This document shows positions 49,776 through 58,697 of a stretch of 64,000 nucleotides of DNA, in pieces. Source of the DNA: a virus; IMG/VR virus record IMGVR_UViG_3300042691_032761; one strand, 5' to 3'. The translations under genes and the position numbers were made by a program. The notes beneath the pieces were generated by a model. It did not search any database. It was not told where the DNA came from and worked only from the letters and a program-made list of their open reading frames with translations. Within the stretch, counting starts at the first letter, position 1. The number at the start of each line of letters is the position of its first letter.

Positions 49776-50252
49776 CTAATCTCTTGAGTCTGCAAACAGC
49801 AAATTTTTATATTTCAATATTCTTTCTTGAACTTTTTTTATTTTAATATCATAATTAGAAAATGATTCTTTGTAATTATGATTAATAAGTTGCAAATATC
49901 TAGTATTTATATCACAACTTTTGATTTTATTATTGTTTCCAAGATCTATATCAACTGTGCTAATATCAGTTTGTAATAAAGTTTTTACTAAAATATCAAT
50001 TTGAATACTATTATATAAATATCTGTTTAGTAGATGACTATCTTTTTTATGTTTTAATGAGTAGATTAAATTAAATTTTTCTTTTGGTAAATCAATAGCA
50101 TAAAAATTATTGGCTTCGACTATAATATCAATATCTTCTATATCATTATATCCTATATTAAACATATCAGAACAACTACCAGTAAGTATCCAATAGTCGT
50201 ATAACTCAGATAATTCTGTTAGAATATTTATAATACTAATACGATCAATCAT
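49776..50252 (-). CDS. nucleotidyltransferase-fold protein
   Basis: LTGS...EDIDII...IDIL. Confidence 0.55.
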   Translation of the reverse strand: MIDRISIINILTELSELYDYWILTGSCSDMFNIGYNDIEDIDIIVEANNFYAIDLPKEKFNLIYSLKHKKDSHLLNRYLYNSIQIDILVKTLLQTDISTVDIDLGNNNKIKSCDINTRYLQLINHNYKESFSNYDIKIKKVQERILKYKNLLFADSRD

Positions 50253-51565
50253 TATATTGACCTGCTACTACCATGCAATATCTTAAATGTTGGAAAACGC
50301 AGACTAATTCCACCGTCTTGGTTTTTAGTTTCTTCAAAGTATTGAACAGTAATAATTTTGCCAAGAATCTTTTTAGGATTCTTATAAAACTCCTGTCGTT
50401 GCTCAATACTGAATCCACTTCCAACCCTAACCTTGTGTTTTTTATGTTCAATAGTTACACAACTCAACATAGTTTCTTCTTGTTCTTTTCCATCAAGCAC
50501 ATAACGAAATGGCCCCATTTCTGTGTCGATAACTGTGTATTCATCATCAAAAAACTTCTTAACCTTGAGCAAATCTTTGCTACGCTTACCTTTATATGGT
50601 TCATCTGCTCGTAGCATAACTCCCTCCCAACCATAATCAGCAGCCTTTTTAACCCATTCTTGGAAATGGTCATCATCCTTAATTTTTTCCTGAGCAAGAA
50701 TACTAAGACAAGCACAAGAATTATCCTTCATAACTTCTCGTAGATTATTATATCTGTGGCTATAAATCTTATGTTTCTCGCCTTTCTTGCTATAGAATTC
50801 GTCATGGCTAATCATATCAAAAATTTTGAATGACGGATTACTAATAGTATGATCCTTCTTACGAAGTTCTTTCATTACTCCTTGAAAATCCTCATTGCCA
50901 TCTTCATCCACAAGACAAAGTTCGCCATCAAAAACTACGTTAGTAACGCCCAAATTCTTGATGCCAGTAGCAACAATATCAAGAGTATCAAAGATTTTTC
51001 CTGTGCGGGAATAAAAGGTAGTGTTCCCGCTATGATCAACAATAGCAACGCATCTAGCACCATCAATCTTTCTGCTAACATACCAGCCGTCCTTCCAATC
51101 TACAAGTTTTGGTTCATACTTATCAGCAAGAGCAACACTAAACTCTGGAATATGATCCTCTATAGCCTTATTGATAATCTTGTCACCAGCACGGGTTTTC
51201 AAATCCTTGTCAATGATACAGTGAATAAGTTCCTCATGCTCAGGATGAGTATCAATAAAACTATTCACGGCAGCAATAGCATCGTGGCCTGTAATAGCAC
51301 GACCTTTAAGGTCATCCAAAAGATCAAAAAGACTCTTGTAAGAATTCTTTGACTTTAGATGCTTCTTCTTCTTTAGATTATCACTTGTGACAAAATATTG
51401 CCAAGTTGGATGGTAAGTATAGAGAAGAATATTCTTAGCAAAATTTGCGGAAGAATTATTAAAAATAGCACAATTAATTTTGATAATATCTTCTTTTTCT
51501 TTTGTGCTGCTAGTTGCTCTAAGAGCATTAACCATGTTTTGAACATAATCAAAATCGTGAATCAT
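50252..51565 (-). CDS. ATP-dependent DNA ligase
   Basis: RKIDGAR, FDGEL, EGVMLR, LKVK, VGSGF, LRFP. Confidence 0.93.
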   Translation of the reverse strand: MIHDFDYVQNMVNALRATSSTKEKEDIIKINCAIFNNSSANFAKNILLYTYHPTWQYFVTSDNLKKKKHLKSKNSYKSLFDLLDDLKGRAITGHDAIAAVNSFIDTHPEHEELIHCIIDKDLKTRAGDKIINKAIEDHIPEFSVALADKYEPKLVDWKDGWYVSRKIDGARCVAIVDHSGNTTFYSRTGKIFDTLDIVATGIKNLGVTNVVFDGELCLVDEDGNEDFQGVMKELRKKDHTISNPSFKIFDMISHDEFYSKKGEKHKIYSHRYNNLREVMKDNSCACLSILAQEKIKDDDHFQEWVKKAADYGWEGVMLRADEPYKGKRSKDLLKVKKFFDDEYTVIDTEMGPFRYVLDGKEQEETMLSCVTIEHKKHKVRVGSGFSIEQRQEFYKNPKKILGKIITVQYFEETKNQDGGISLRFPTFKILHGSSRSI

Positions 51566-51588
51566 ATTTTTTCTCCTGTGTACGCTCC

Positions 51589-51617
51589 AGTATAGCATAC
51601 GAAAGTCCTATTGTCAA
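51589..51617 (-). promoter_or_regulatory. sigma70-type promoter
   Basis: TTGACA-N17-TATACT with extended -10 TG. Confidence 0.75.
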
Positions 51618-51653
51618 GTATCGTCAGAGACAAGGCCAAACTTTAATTTGAAA

Positions 51654-52322
51654 TTACTCAATAAATTTTCTATGAGTATTTCTAATATCATTACCGATAT
51701 ATGTAGTAGCATTTGGCCCTGTCCAATGATGATAGCATAATGATTTATTAGTAATAATTATTTCATTTTCTTTTGATAATATTTTTTGTGGATAGTCAGC
51801 AGGAAAATTCATGGTTTTTAAACTATTATATAATTTTGGTATAATTTTTTTAGTTGCATAAAATAATTGATTTCCCCACGGAGGCTCATCACATAATGAG
51901 AAATATTTTTGTCTGTTTATTATTTTACCTTGCTTACCGTAATAGTCGTGCAGCAACATTAAATCTGCTTGTGGGAATTCTGTTTTTCCTTGTTTTATAT
52001 TGTCAAATAGTTCACATCTGTCAAGAATTAGAGGAATGATATCATCTTCCATAATGATTACTTCTTCATAATTATTCTTAATTAAAAACTCATAAAGCAT
52101 ACAAAAACTTGTGGCACAAGCAAGTTCTCCAAAAGATAGTGGCCTTCTTCTAATTTGTTCTTTATTGTATGAATATATAAATTTATTATTTTCAATATCT
52201 CTTCTATCGTATGCTTTCCAAAAATTAATATTTAATCCTAAATTATCAATCCATTTTTTTTTAATATTTTCTTTTCTTTCTGTTGCTCTTTCCAAATTAA
52301 TACAAAATATAGGGATAGTCAT
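51654..52322 (-). CDS. GT25 glycosyltransferase
   Basis: CINLERATER, GELACATS, IMEDD. Confidence 0.82.
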   Translation of the reverse strand: MTIPIFCINLERATERKENIKKKWIDNLGLNINFWKAYDRRDIENNKFIYSYNKEQIRRRPLSFGELACATSFCMLYEFLIKNNYEEVIIMEDDIIPLILDRCELFDNIKQGKTEFPQADLMLLHDYYGKQGKIINRQKYFSLCDEPPWGNQLFYATKKIIPKLYNSLKTMNFPADYPQKILSKENEIIITNKSLCYHHWTGPNATTYIGNDIRNTHRKFIE

Positions 52323-52326
52323 ATTT

Positions 52327-53085
52327 TTAGTCTATAGACTTAAACAATAAATGATAATACATTTTTTCTGATAAACTTATGAGATATTTATCTTTAGTTA
52401 ATAAACATAAATTATTAAGTTTCATCCAAGACTGTGTAAGATTTAATAATTCTTCTGTATTATTTATAGCATATTTTTTTATATTTTGATATTGATATTT
52501 AGTAGAATATTTTTTGACATCATATATTCTTTTTTCTAAAAAAGGAAGTGGAAAATGTCCTATAAAAGAAGAATCTGTTATACAGTCATTGTGGGCATTA
52601 AAAATATTTCTAGGAATATATTCAATATATTTATTAATACTTAAATAATCATTGTTAACTAAATCTATTATTGCTGCTTGTTCCCACCAATTGTGATTTA
52701 GGTATTGTGTCATTGACCATGCTTGTTCTAATAATTTTTTGATAATACCATTATTTTTAATTAAAAAAACACCAGTATTGATTGAGTTATCATCTTTTGA
52801 TAAATACAAATATTTTTCTGGTTTTATAAAAGACCACAAATCAATATCATGTCTTAATATAATTGCATCAGCATCTATCCAAAGAGTATACTGATTTGGC
52901 CTATTATTAGTTTCTTGAATTAGATAATCTATTTTAGACCATGCGGCAGGACGAGGATAATCGTCCGGTATCTCATATATTTGATAAGAATATCCATAAT
53001 ATTCACAATAGTTTTTAATAATTGGAATATTATAACTTGCTAATTCTTTAAATCTATTATTATGAGCAGTAATTATTTTAAACAT
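52327..53085 (-). CDS. GT34 (GMA12/MNN10-like) glycosyltransferase
   Basis: WSKI, WIDAD, INTGVFL, WEQAAI, GHF. Confidence 0.82.
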   Translation of the reverse strand: MFKIITAHNNRFKELASYNIPIIKNYCEYYGYSYQIYEIPDDYPRPAAWSKIDYLIQETNNRPNQYTLWIDADAIILRHDIDLWSFIKPEKYLYLSKDDNSINTGVFLIKNNGIIKKLLEQAWSMTQYLNHNWWEQAAIIDLVNNDYLSINKYIEYIPRNIFNAHNDCITDSSFIGHFPLPFLEKRIYDVKKYSTKYQYQNIKKYAINNTEELLNLTQSWMKLNNLCLLTKDKYLISLSEKMYYHLLFKSID

Positions 53086-53126
53086 AGTATACTTTTTGAG
53101 ATTGTTTACTCAATAATACACTAAAG

Positions 53127-53481
53127 TGGATGCGAGGGGAGTCGAACCCCTGTCCTATCATATTTCAAATTATATCTTCTACAAGTTTATTTTGTTCATG
53201 AGTTAAATAGGATTGTAGAACAAACAAGATTCTTCCTATCTTACCAACTGCTCTTAACCTACAACCCGTTGGGTATTGTAAGTGCAGAGGGATTTAACGA
53301 CAGACTTTTGATCCCTACCCTCATTCGGTATCGCAGTCTGTTACTGCCAGTTTTAGTTAGGCAGCAAGGGCTAACTGATTTGTGCCAGTTACAGCATTTG
53401 ATCGACTTTTAAAGTGGCCTGTCGATCAACCACTACTTGCAAATATAATCTTTTTTATGTAGTCGAAACCTTTACGCACCC
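53127..53481 (-). ncRNA. ssrA: tmRNA; tag peptide (A)GTNQLALAA
   Basis: 5' GGGTGCGTAAAGGTTTCGAC, 3' GGGGTTCGACTCCCCTCGCATCCA, G3-U acceptor pair; tag ORF 53357-53386 after TAACT. Confidence 0.93.
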
Positions 53482-53711
53482 TATTTTGTAGTTTGATTTA
53501 ATGGAACCATTTGGTATTTTTCGTTCTCAAGTCTGTATATTTCTTTTTGAAGTAATTCAAATTGATTTACATTAATCCAAGGATTAACTCCAACAACAAA
53601 ATCTTGAAGAATCAAAATTCTATTATAGAATATAATGTTTGTTCCTACTGACAATAGCAATAGGCCAATTAAAAGTGAATATATTGGTAAATGTTTTGAT
53701 CTGTGCTGCAT
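53481..53711 (-). CDS. small membrane protein
   Basis: N-terminal TM. Confidence 0.5.
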   Translation of the reverse strand: MQHRSKHLPIYSLLIGLLLLSVGTNIIFYNRILILQDFVVGVNPWINVNQFELLQKEIYRLENEKYQMVPLNQTTK

Positions 53712-53954
53712 AGTTATTCCTTTGCTCTAGAATCATAGGAGGATTGAATAAATTGACCATACATATAAGAATCAACTTTATTCATCTTTTCTGCTCTAAT
53801 CAAAGAGTCATAATGCAAACAATTAAATGAAAATGACGCAAAAAGGATCGAGATCAAAAAAATTAAAGTTAATCTATATTTCATATATTCTTTCTATTTG
53901 GTGGGATTGACATAGTTGTCAATAATATTGGTAGGATGATTCATATTACACCAA

Positions 53955-54027
53955 TAGGGCGTGAGAGAATCGAACTCACTTAACTACCTTATAAGAGTAG
54001 TGTCTTAGACCATTAGACGAACGCCCC
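53955..54027 (-). tRNA. tRNA-Ile(TAT), no encoded CCA
   Basis: GGGGCGT/ACGCCCT acceptor, CTACT-CTTATAA-GGTAG anticodon arm, TTCGATT T-loop. Confidence 0.88.
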
Positions 54028-54163
54028 AAAATATCAGTCATTATGATAAAGTTTTTTTAGAACTGCAATTTCGGCTTCGTATTTTGATATTTTTTGATAC
54101 ATTTCCATGCAACTAACACAAAAGTCTGATGAGATATATGATTTGCAATCATGAATCTTATCT

Positions 54164-54577
54164 TCAAGATCCCTTATTTTTCTTCTTATTTCTTCGTTTG
54201 ACGGGTTTGACATTGGATTTTTCCCCTTCGTGTTTTGTAAAATCATCCAATTTTTTGTTTGCCCAAAAAATCATTTCATTTTTATCGCTATCCCAAGCAC
54301 ACTCTACATATCCATCTGCTGCTAATCTAGCCAGTCCAATATTATTTATCCAAGTTATAGTGGATTCGTATATTTTTTCGTTAGCATCTTCGTTAAGTAA
54401 TGGTCTATTTTGGTCATCAAAACCTATGCACTCGCTCTTAACAAGATTAATCATTTGACCAAGACTAATATAAGAATCAACATCTGAACAATCATCAGAG
54501 AAAGATTTTGCCGCAGCATCACGCATTTCTGAGGCATATCCTTCAAGATCAACAATAGCATAAATTTCATTTTCCAT
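54164..54577 (-). CDS. hypothetical protein
   Basis: LAADGYVECAWDSDKNEMIFW; GGAG SD. Confidence 0.6.
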   Translation of the reverse strand: MENEIYAIVDLEGYASEMRDAAAKSFSDDCSDVDSYISLGQMINLVKSECIGFDDQNRPLLNEDANEKIYESTITWINNIGLARLAADGYVECAWDSDKNEMIFWANKKLDDFTKHEGEKSNVKPVKRRNKKKNKGS

Positions 54578-54591
54578 AATATGATCTCCAA

Positions 54592-54867
54592 TTAGATATA
54601 TTTAGTTACACCTTTATTATTATGGTCAACAATTTTATCCTCTATCCGATAGAGAGTATAATCCATAGTATATTGTCCTCTAGGAAGGTATTTCAGATTA
54701 TCTCGTAGTGCCGTTTTTATTTGAGGAATCCAGTGTTGATATGCGGTAGAAAATTCTTTAGAAAAATATACCTGTAATATTGCTTCAATCTCAGCCAATT
54801 TATCTTCTATGCTCTCTCTTGCACCATGCAATTTGGCTAGTGCATCAATTGGGTCTGTATTAGGCAT
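54592..54867 (-). CDS. hypothetical protein
   Basis: 91-aa ORF. Confidence 0.55.
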   Translation of the reverse strand: MPNTDPIDALAKLHGARESIEDKLAEIEAILQVYFSKEFSTAYQHWIPQIKTALRDNLKYLPRGQYTMDYTLYRIEDKIVDHNNKGVTKYI

Positions 54868-55270
54868 TTTGTTCCTCTTTCTTTTTGAGTTTCAGTAACT
54901 TATGCTTAGTTTTCCAAACTCCAGTTTCCTTATTTTGAATGTCTCCTCCCATATAAATATGGCAGAATCCTTGGCTCTTGTCAATACCCCAAGCAAGAAT
55001 ACCGTTGCTATCTACACCTTCAACAACAAAACGTCCACGATAGCCCATAGGAATAAAATCGCCCTTAGAAACAAAATATGGGCCTCCAGCAACCTTAATA
55101 CGATCACCCTTTACAAGTTCACGCCAATTAACATTGTGAATAATTTTGGTATTTTTTGCTTCCTTGCTTTTAGGCTTAAAAACAAAAACATAATTGCAAC
55201 TAGGACAGCAATATGCTCGCGGTCCAGTTTCATGAGAACATTTCGGACAAGTCTTTTTACCTTTGGGCAT
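54860..55270 (-). CDS. zinc-ribbon hypothetical protein
   Basis: CPKC...CPSC; own promoter. Confidence 0.6.
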   Translation of the reverse strand: MPKGKKTCPKCSHETGPRAYCCPSCNYVFVFKPKSKEAKNTKIIHNVNWRELVKGDRIKVAGGPYFVSKGDFIPMGYRGRFVVEGVDSNGILAWGIDKSQGFCHIYMGGDIQNKETGVWKTKHKLLKLKKKEEQNA

Positions 55271-55300
55271 CGTTTTCTCCTGTGTTAGTGGTATGCTCCT

Positions 55301-55328
55301 AGTATAGCATAGGTATCGGCATTGTCAA
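55301..55328 (-). promoter_or_regulatory. sigma70-type promoter with CGAT box
   Basis: TTGACA-ATGCCGATACCTATGC-TATACT. Confidence 0.78.
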
Positions 55329-55774
55329 GAGGGATTCTTTAACGATTCTCTGTGAGCGGGACAAAGAGTGGTAAACCAACCGTTTTTATTGCACTCTCCT
55401 TTATTCCCACAAACTTCACAAGTCTTATAACTAATTGCTTCTGCCATGCTTACCAATCCTTCCACATATTCATCCCCTCCACTAAAATAAAGTCTAAGAC
55501 CACCATACTTTTCCTTTATTTGATCAAATTTTACAGGAAAATATTCTGGTTCTTGTTTGAGTTTTTCTGGATCATTTTCTTCAAAATATTTTTTAGTCCA
55601 TATTTTATTATCTTCATGCTGTCGTATCATCCAGCAAAGAGATGCTAGTATTTCATACCACCCATTATTGCACTCAATACCCCATGCCATGCAACTAAAC
55701 TGTATACCTTTATCTTTGTTGGTAAAAAATTGAGGATATTTTTCAAAAAGTTGATTTTGTAATTGCTGATCCAT
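55325..55774 (-). CDS. phage hypothetical protein
   Basis: GW, QIKEKYGGLRLY, CEVCG...LC. Confidence 0.65.
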   Translation of the reverse strand: MDQQLQNQLFEKYPQFFTNKDKGIQFSCMAWGIECNNGWYEILASLCWMIRQHEDNKIWTKKYFEENDPEKLKQEPEYFPVKFDQIKEKYGGLRLYFSGGDEYVEGLVSMAEAISYKTCEVCGNKGECNKNGWFTTLCPAHRESLKNPS

Positions 55775-55985
55775 CTGGCCTGCCCTTTATTTCTAATTTA
55801 CCGGGACTATAGTGGCAAAAATAACTACTATGAATACGTTTCTTAGTCAAGTTATCTTCTTCAATCTCAATATAAACATTAATACGATAACGATTTTCCC
55901 ATACATTAATAATCTTTGTCATAAGATGATGTTTTGGTCGCTCAACTTGTTTGAAAAGCAAACTTTCAATTTCAAGATCGTTCAT
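55743..55985 (-). CDS. hypothetical protein
   Basis: NVWENRYRINVY; start uncertain. Confidence 0.55.
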   Translation of the reverse strand: MNDLEIESLLFKQVERPKHHLMTKIINVWENRYRINVYIEIEEDNLTKKRIHSSYFCHYSPGKLEIKGRPDGSAITKSTF

Positions 55986-56187
55986 CAATTGTCTCCACTT
56001 CTGTAGCAGTATCAATACTCAAAGAAATTTTATTATCTGGCATTTCAATAAAGTCAGTAGGATAATATCTCAAAGTATCAAAATCAAAAACCTCTACGTT
56101 TTCTTGCCAAGGAAAATTTTTATTGTTTATGTCGTTTGCTCTCTCATAAAGAAAGTTGTATAGATCAAGCCAAGTCATTTTGTTCAT
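55972..56187 (-). CDS. hypothetical protein
   Basis: AAGGA SD; promoter upstream. Confidence 0.55.
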   Translation of the reverse strand: MNKMTWLDLYNFLYERANDINNKNFPWQENVEVFDFDTLRYYPTDFIEMPDNKISLSIDTATEVETIDERS

Positions 56188-56235
56188 TTTTCCTTCTAAA
56201 AATATTAGTTTTCTGTATCCAATCGGTGTATGTCA

Positions 56236-56263
56236 ATTATATCCGACAGTCTCGTAAAGTCAA
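56236..56263 (-). promoter_or_regulatory. sigma70-type promoter
   Basis: TTGACT-N16-TATAAT. Confidence 0.65.
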
Positions 56264-56271
56264 GGAATACT

Positions 56272-56904
56272 ATGAAAATATGTGTTAAATGTAAAATTGA
56301 AAAAGATCTAAATGATTTCAGTAATAATAAGGCTAAAAAAGATGGTAAATGTGTTTATTGTCGTAGTTGTTATGCTATCATAAATAGAGAATGGAGACAA
56401 AACAACCCGAAACAAGACAAAAAAATTCATGATAAATGGAAAAATAAAAATATAGAAAGTGTTCGTAAAAATCGTTTAAAATCATACTATAATAATCATG
56501 AAAAATCAAAAGAACGTGCTAAAAAATATAAGCAAAAACATAAAGATAGTTTAAGAATTAAGAATAGATTGTATGCTAATAAAAAATATTATGAGGATTT
56601 AAACTACAGATTAGTTAGATTACTTAGGGGGCGTATAACTAAAGCCATTAAACGTAATTCAAAATATTCTACATCATTAGATTTGCTTGGATGTTCTATA
56701 GAAGAATTAAAAATTCATTTAGAAAAACAGTTTACTAAAGGAATGAGTTGGAAAAATTATGGTAAGTGGCATATAGATCATATTAAACCGTGTGCTAGTT
56801 TTGATCTTAGTTTAGAAAATGAACAAAAACTTTGTTTCCATTTTACTAATCTTCAACCTTTATGGGCTAAAGATAATATAAAAAAATCAGATAAGATTAT
56901 CTAG
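56272..56904 (+). CDS. HNH homing-endonuclease-like protein (only plus-strand gene)
   Basis: CVKC..CRSC, WHIDHIKPC, NLQPLWAKDN; AGGA SD before ATG 56272. Confidence 0.82.
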   Translation: MKICVKCKIEKDLNDFSNNKAKKDGKCVYCRSCYAIINREWRQNNPKQDKKIHDKWKNKNIESVRKNRLKSYYNNHEKSKERAKKYKQKHKDSLRIKNRLYANKKYYEDLNYRLVRLLRGRITKAIKRNSKYSTSLDLLGCSIEELKIHLEKQFTKGMSWKNYGKWHIDHIKPCASFDLSLENEQKLCFHFTNLQPLWAKDNIKKSDKII

Positions 56905-57115
56905 CACGACGATTTGCACGATCCAAAATCCTCAAAGTTTCTCTAGCATTTGCTGGACAGAGAACCAAGTCCGGTGCAGTTTTGTGACTATAATTCATGA
57001 ATCCCACCGCTTTAGATTCTGATGAACAACTAAGACAAGTTGCTCGTCTGTTAGTTTCAATCAAAAATTCTGCACGACCCGCCGGAATAGCATCTTGACA
57101 ATAAATACAGTTCAT
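56897..57115 (-). CDS. TraR/DksA-type C4 zinc-finger-like protein
   Basis: CIYCQDAIPAGRAEFL...TCLSC; AGGAGG SD. Confidence 0.6.
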   Translation of the reverse strand: MNCIYCQDAIPAGRAEFLIETNRRATCLSCSSESKAVGFMNYSHKTAPDLVLCPANARETLRILDRANRRAR

Positions 57116-57134
57116 GGGTTCCTCCTTACAACGG

Positions 57135-57162
57135 ATTATACCATGACCATCGGCATTGTCAA
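57135..57162 (-). promoter_or_regulatory. sigma70-type promoter with CGAT box
   Basis: TTGACA-ATGCCGATGGTCATGG-TATAAT. Confidence 0.78.
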
Positions 57163-57594
57163 CTCGACTCCTTCAATAAAATTTTCTAAACTGTCAACAA
57201 AACTCCCGTAATCCGTACTATAATAAACATCATTCAATCCAACAGCACTAAGAAGTTTGTCGCAATTTTCACAAGGCTTACTTCCTAATATAATTCCTCG
57301 TCTATTAATACGCATAACAACAACTGACCAATTAGGATCAATGGTATTATACCTATCCAACAATTTAGAAATAAGATGAGATTCAGCATGAACAAATGGA
57401 AATTCCTTATATTTAGGCAAATTAAATTGCTCACCAATCCTATATGCCCGTGCATTAGTCTTAATCGGGTTGTTTTGGCTGAAACAAATCATTTTATTAC
57501 CATCAAACGCAGCGGCATAATGATAGCATCGAATGAGTCTACTGGGACTCCAATTATTATAAGCCTTACGAATTGTTTTGTTAATAATTTTCAT
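57136..57594 (-). CDS. zinc-dependent (cytidine-deaminase fold) deaminase
   Basis: VHAE, SKPCENC, VYYS. Confidence 0.75.
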   Translation of the reverse strand: MKIINKTIRKAYNNWSPSRLIRCYHYAAAFDGNKMICFSQNNPIKTNARAYRIGEQFNLPKYKEFPFVHAESHLISKLLDRYNTIDPNWSVVVMRINRRGIILGSKPCENCDKLLSAVGLNDVYYSTDYGSFVDSLENFIEGVELTMPMVMV

Positions 57595-57740
57595 TACTTA
57601 TTAGCCAACATATACAATCCAACATTAGCAAACGCATAGCCCAAATATGTAATTAACATACCATAGTTTCCTTTATATCCTTGTTCACCAGCAACATAAA
57701 GATAGCAACAACCAGTAAAAGCAATTAGCCAAGCACTCAT
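57594..57740 (-). CDS. small membrane protein (48 aa)
   Basis: Below cutoff: MSAWLIAFTGCCYLYVAG...GYAFANVGLYMLANK*. Confidence 0.6.
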   Translation of the reverse strand: MSAWLIAFTGCCYLYVAGEQGYKGNYGMLITYLGYAFANVGLYMLANK

Positions 57741-58651
57741 ACGGAAACTCCTTTAATTATTTCTTCGTGATTAGCAATAGCAAAGTCTTTCATCTTTAAT
57801 TCCATATCCACATCGAAATCTAGTCCGTATGTTTCAAATGGTTTTTCCGCATAGTCTGCATGAGCCCTTGGATTATTTCCGGGACGACTTTCGCTGTAAT
57901 GGAAAAGAGGTCGATATCCATGCCATGTATTGTAGCACATTTTAAGTGCTGTTTGTTCATCTAGTCCGTTAGGATTGCACTTATGATGAAGATAATCAAA
58001 AGTGATGGGGATATTGGTAGCAGGATGAAATACATTAACAAGTTCGTCTACACTCCAGCAGTTAATTTTGTCATCATTTTCAATAACCAATCTAGCCCTA
58101 CAATTAGGATCAAGACGATTAAAATTTTGCATAAATCTATCAATGATTTCAGAGTGTGTTCCATTTTTGTTATGAACATGAAGATTCATTGGGTTGTTAT
58201 AATTTGCTTCGCAGCCGATTCTGTCGAAGAAACTGCTGTAGAAATTAAGTTCGGTGATTGTCTTATCGACTGCTTTACTATTGGTTGAAGCAAGAACATT
58301 AAATTCGCTAGGATGACAAGTAACACGAACATTGGTTCTCTTAATGGTTTGTTCAATATTGTCAAATTCATTTTGAATAGCATCATGATTAGGCAAATCT
58401 TCCAGACTTACATTAGCCTCATCATAAGTAATTAGAGGAAAAATATCACTACTGATACGATAAATATAGGTGTGTTCTGCACAAAATTCAATAGTCTTGT
58501 CGGTAGTGATGAGATTGTTAAGAATTCTGTCACCAAGAATCTCTAGTGCTTCTTCTCTAGGCAAACTAGAAAAACGCTTGTAGGTCATGGTCTGATGACC
58601 AAAACCCTGTTCTTTAAGTTTGAGAGAAATGCAACATAGCCCGTAACGCAT
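57737..58651 (-). CDS. uvsE: UV damage endonuclease
   Basis: YRISSDIFP, CHP, LHV, IENDD, FDYLHH, HYSES, AHADY, MELKMKD. Confidence 0.9.
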   Translation of the reverse strand: MRYGLCCISLKLKEQGFGHQTMTYKRFSSLPREEALEILGDRILNNLITTDKTIEFCAEHTYIYRISSDIFPLITYDEANVSLEDLPNHDAIQNEFDNIEQTIKRTNVRVTCHPSEFNVLASTNSKAVDKTITELNFYSSFFDRIGCEANYNNPMNLHVHNKNGTHSEIIDRFMQNFNRLDPNCRARLVIENDDKINCWSVDELVNVFHPATNIPITFDYLHHKCNPNGLDEQTALKMCYNTWHGYRPLFHYSESRPGNNPRAHADYAEKPFETYGLDFDVDMELKMKDFAIANHEEIIKGVSV

Positions 58652-58669
58652 AGTACCTCCGTTTGCAGC

Positions 58670-58697
58670 ATTATACCATAGTATCGGCAAGTGTCAA
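58670..58697 (-). promoter_or_regulatory. sigma70-type promoter with CGAT box
   Basis: TTGACA-CTTGCCGATACTATGG-TATAAT. Confidence 0.78.

Noticed and set aside
53906-53923. Palindrome ATTGACA-TAGT-TGTCAAT
   Set aside because: Single copy with no correctly spaced strong -10 box; function cannot be supported.
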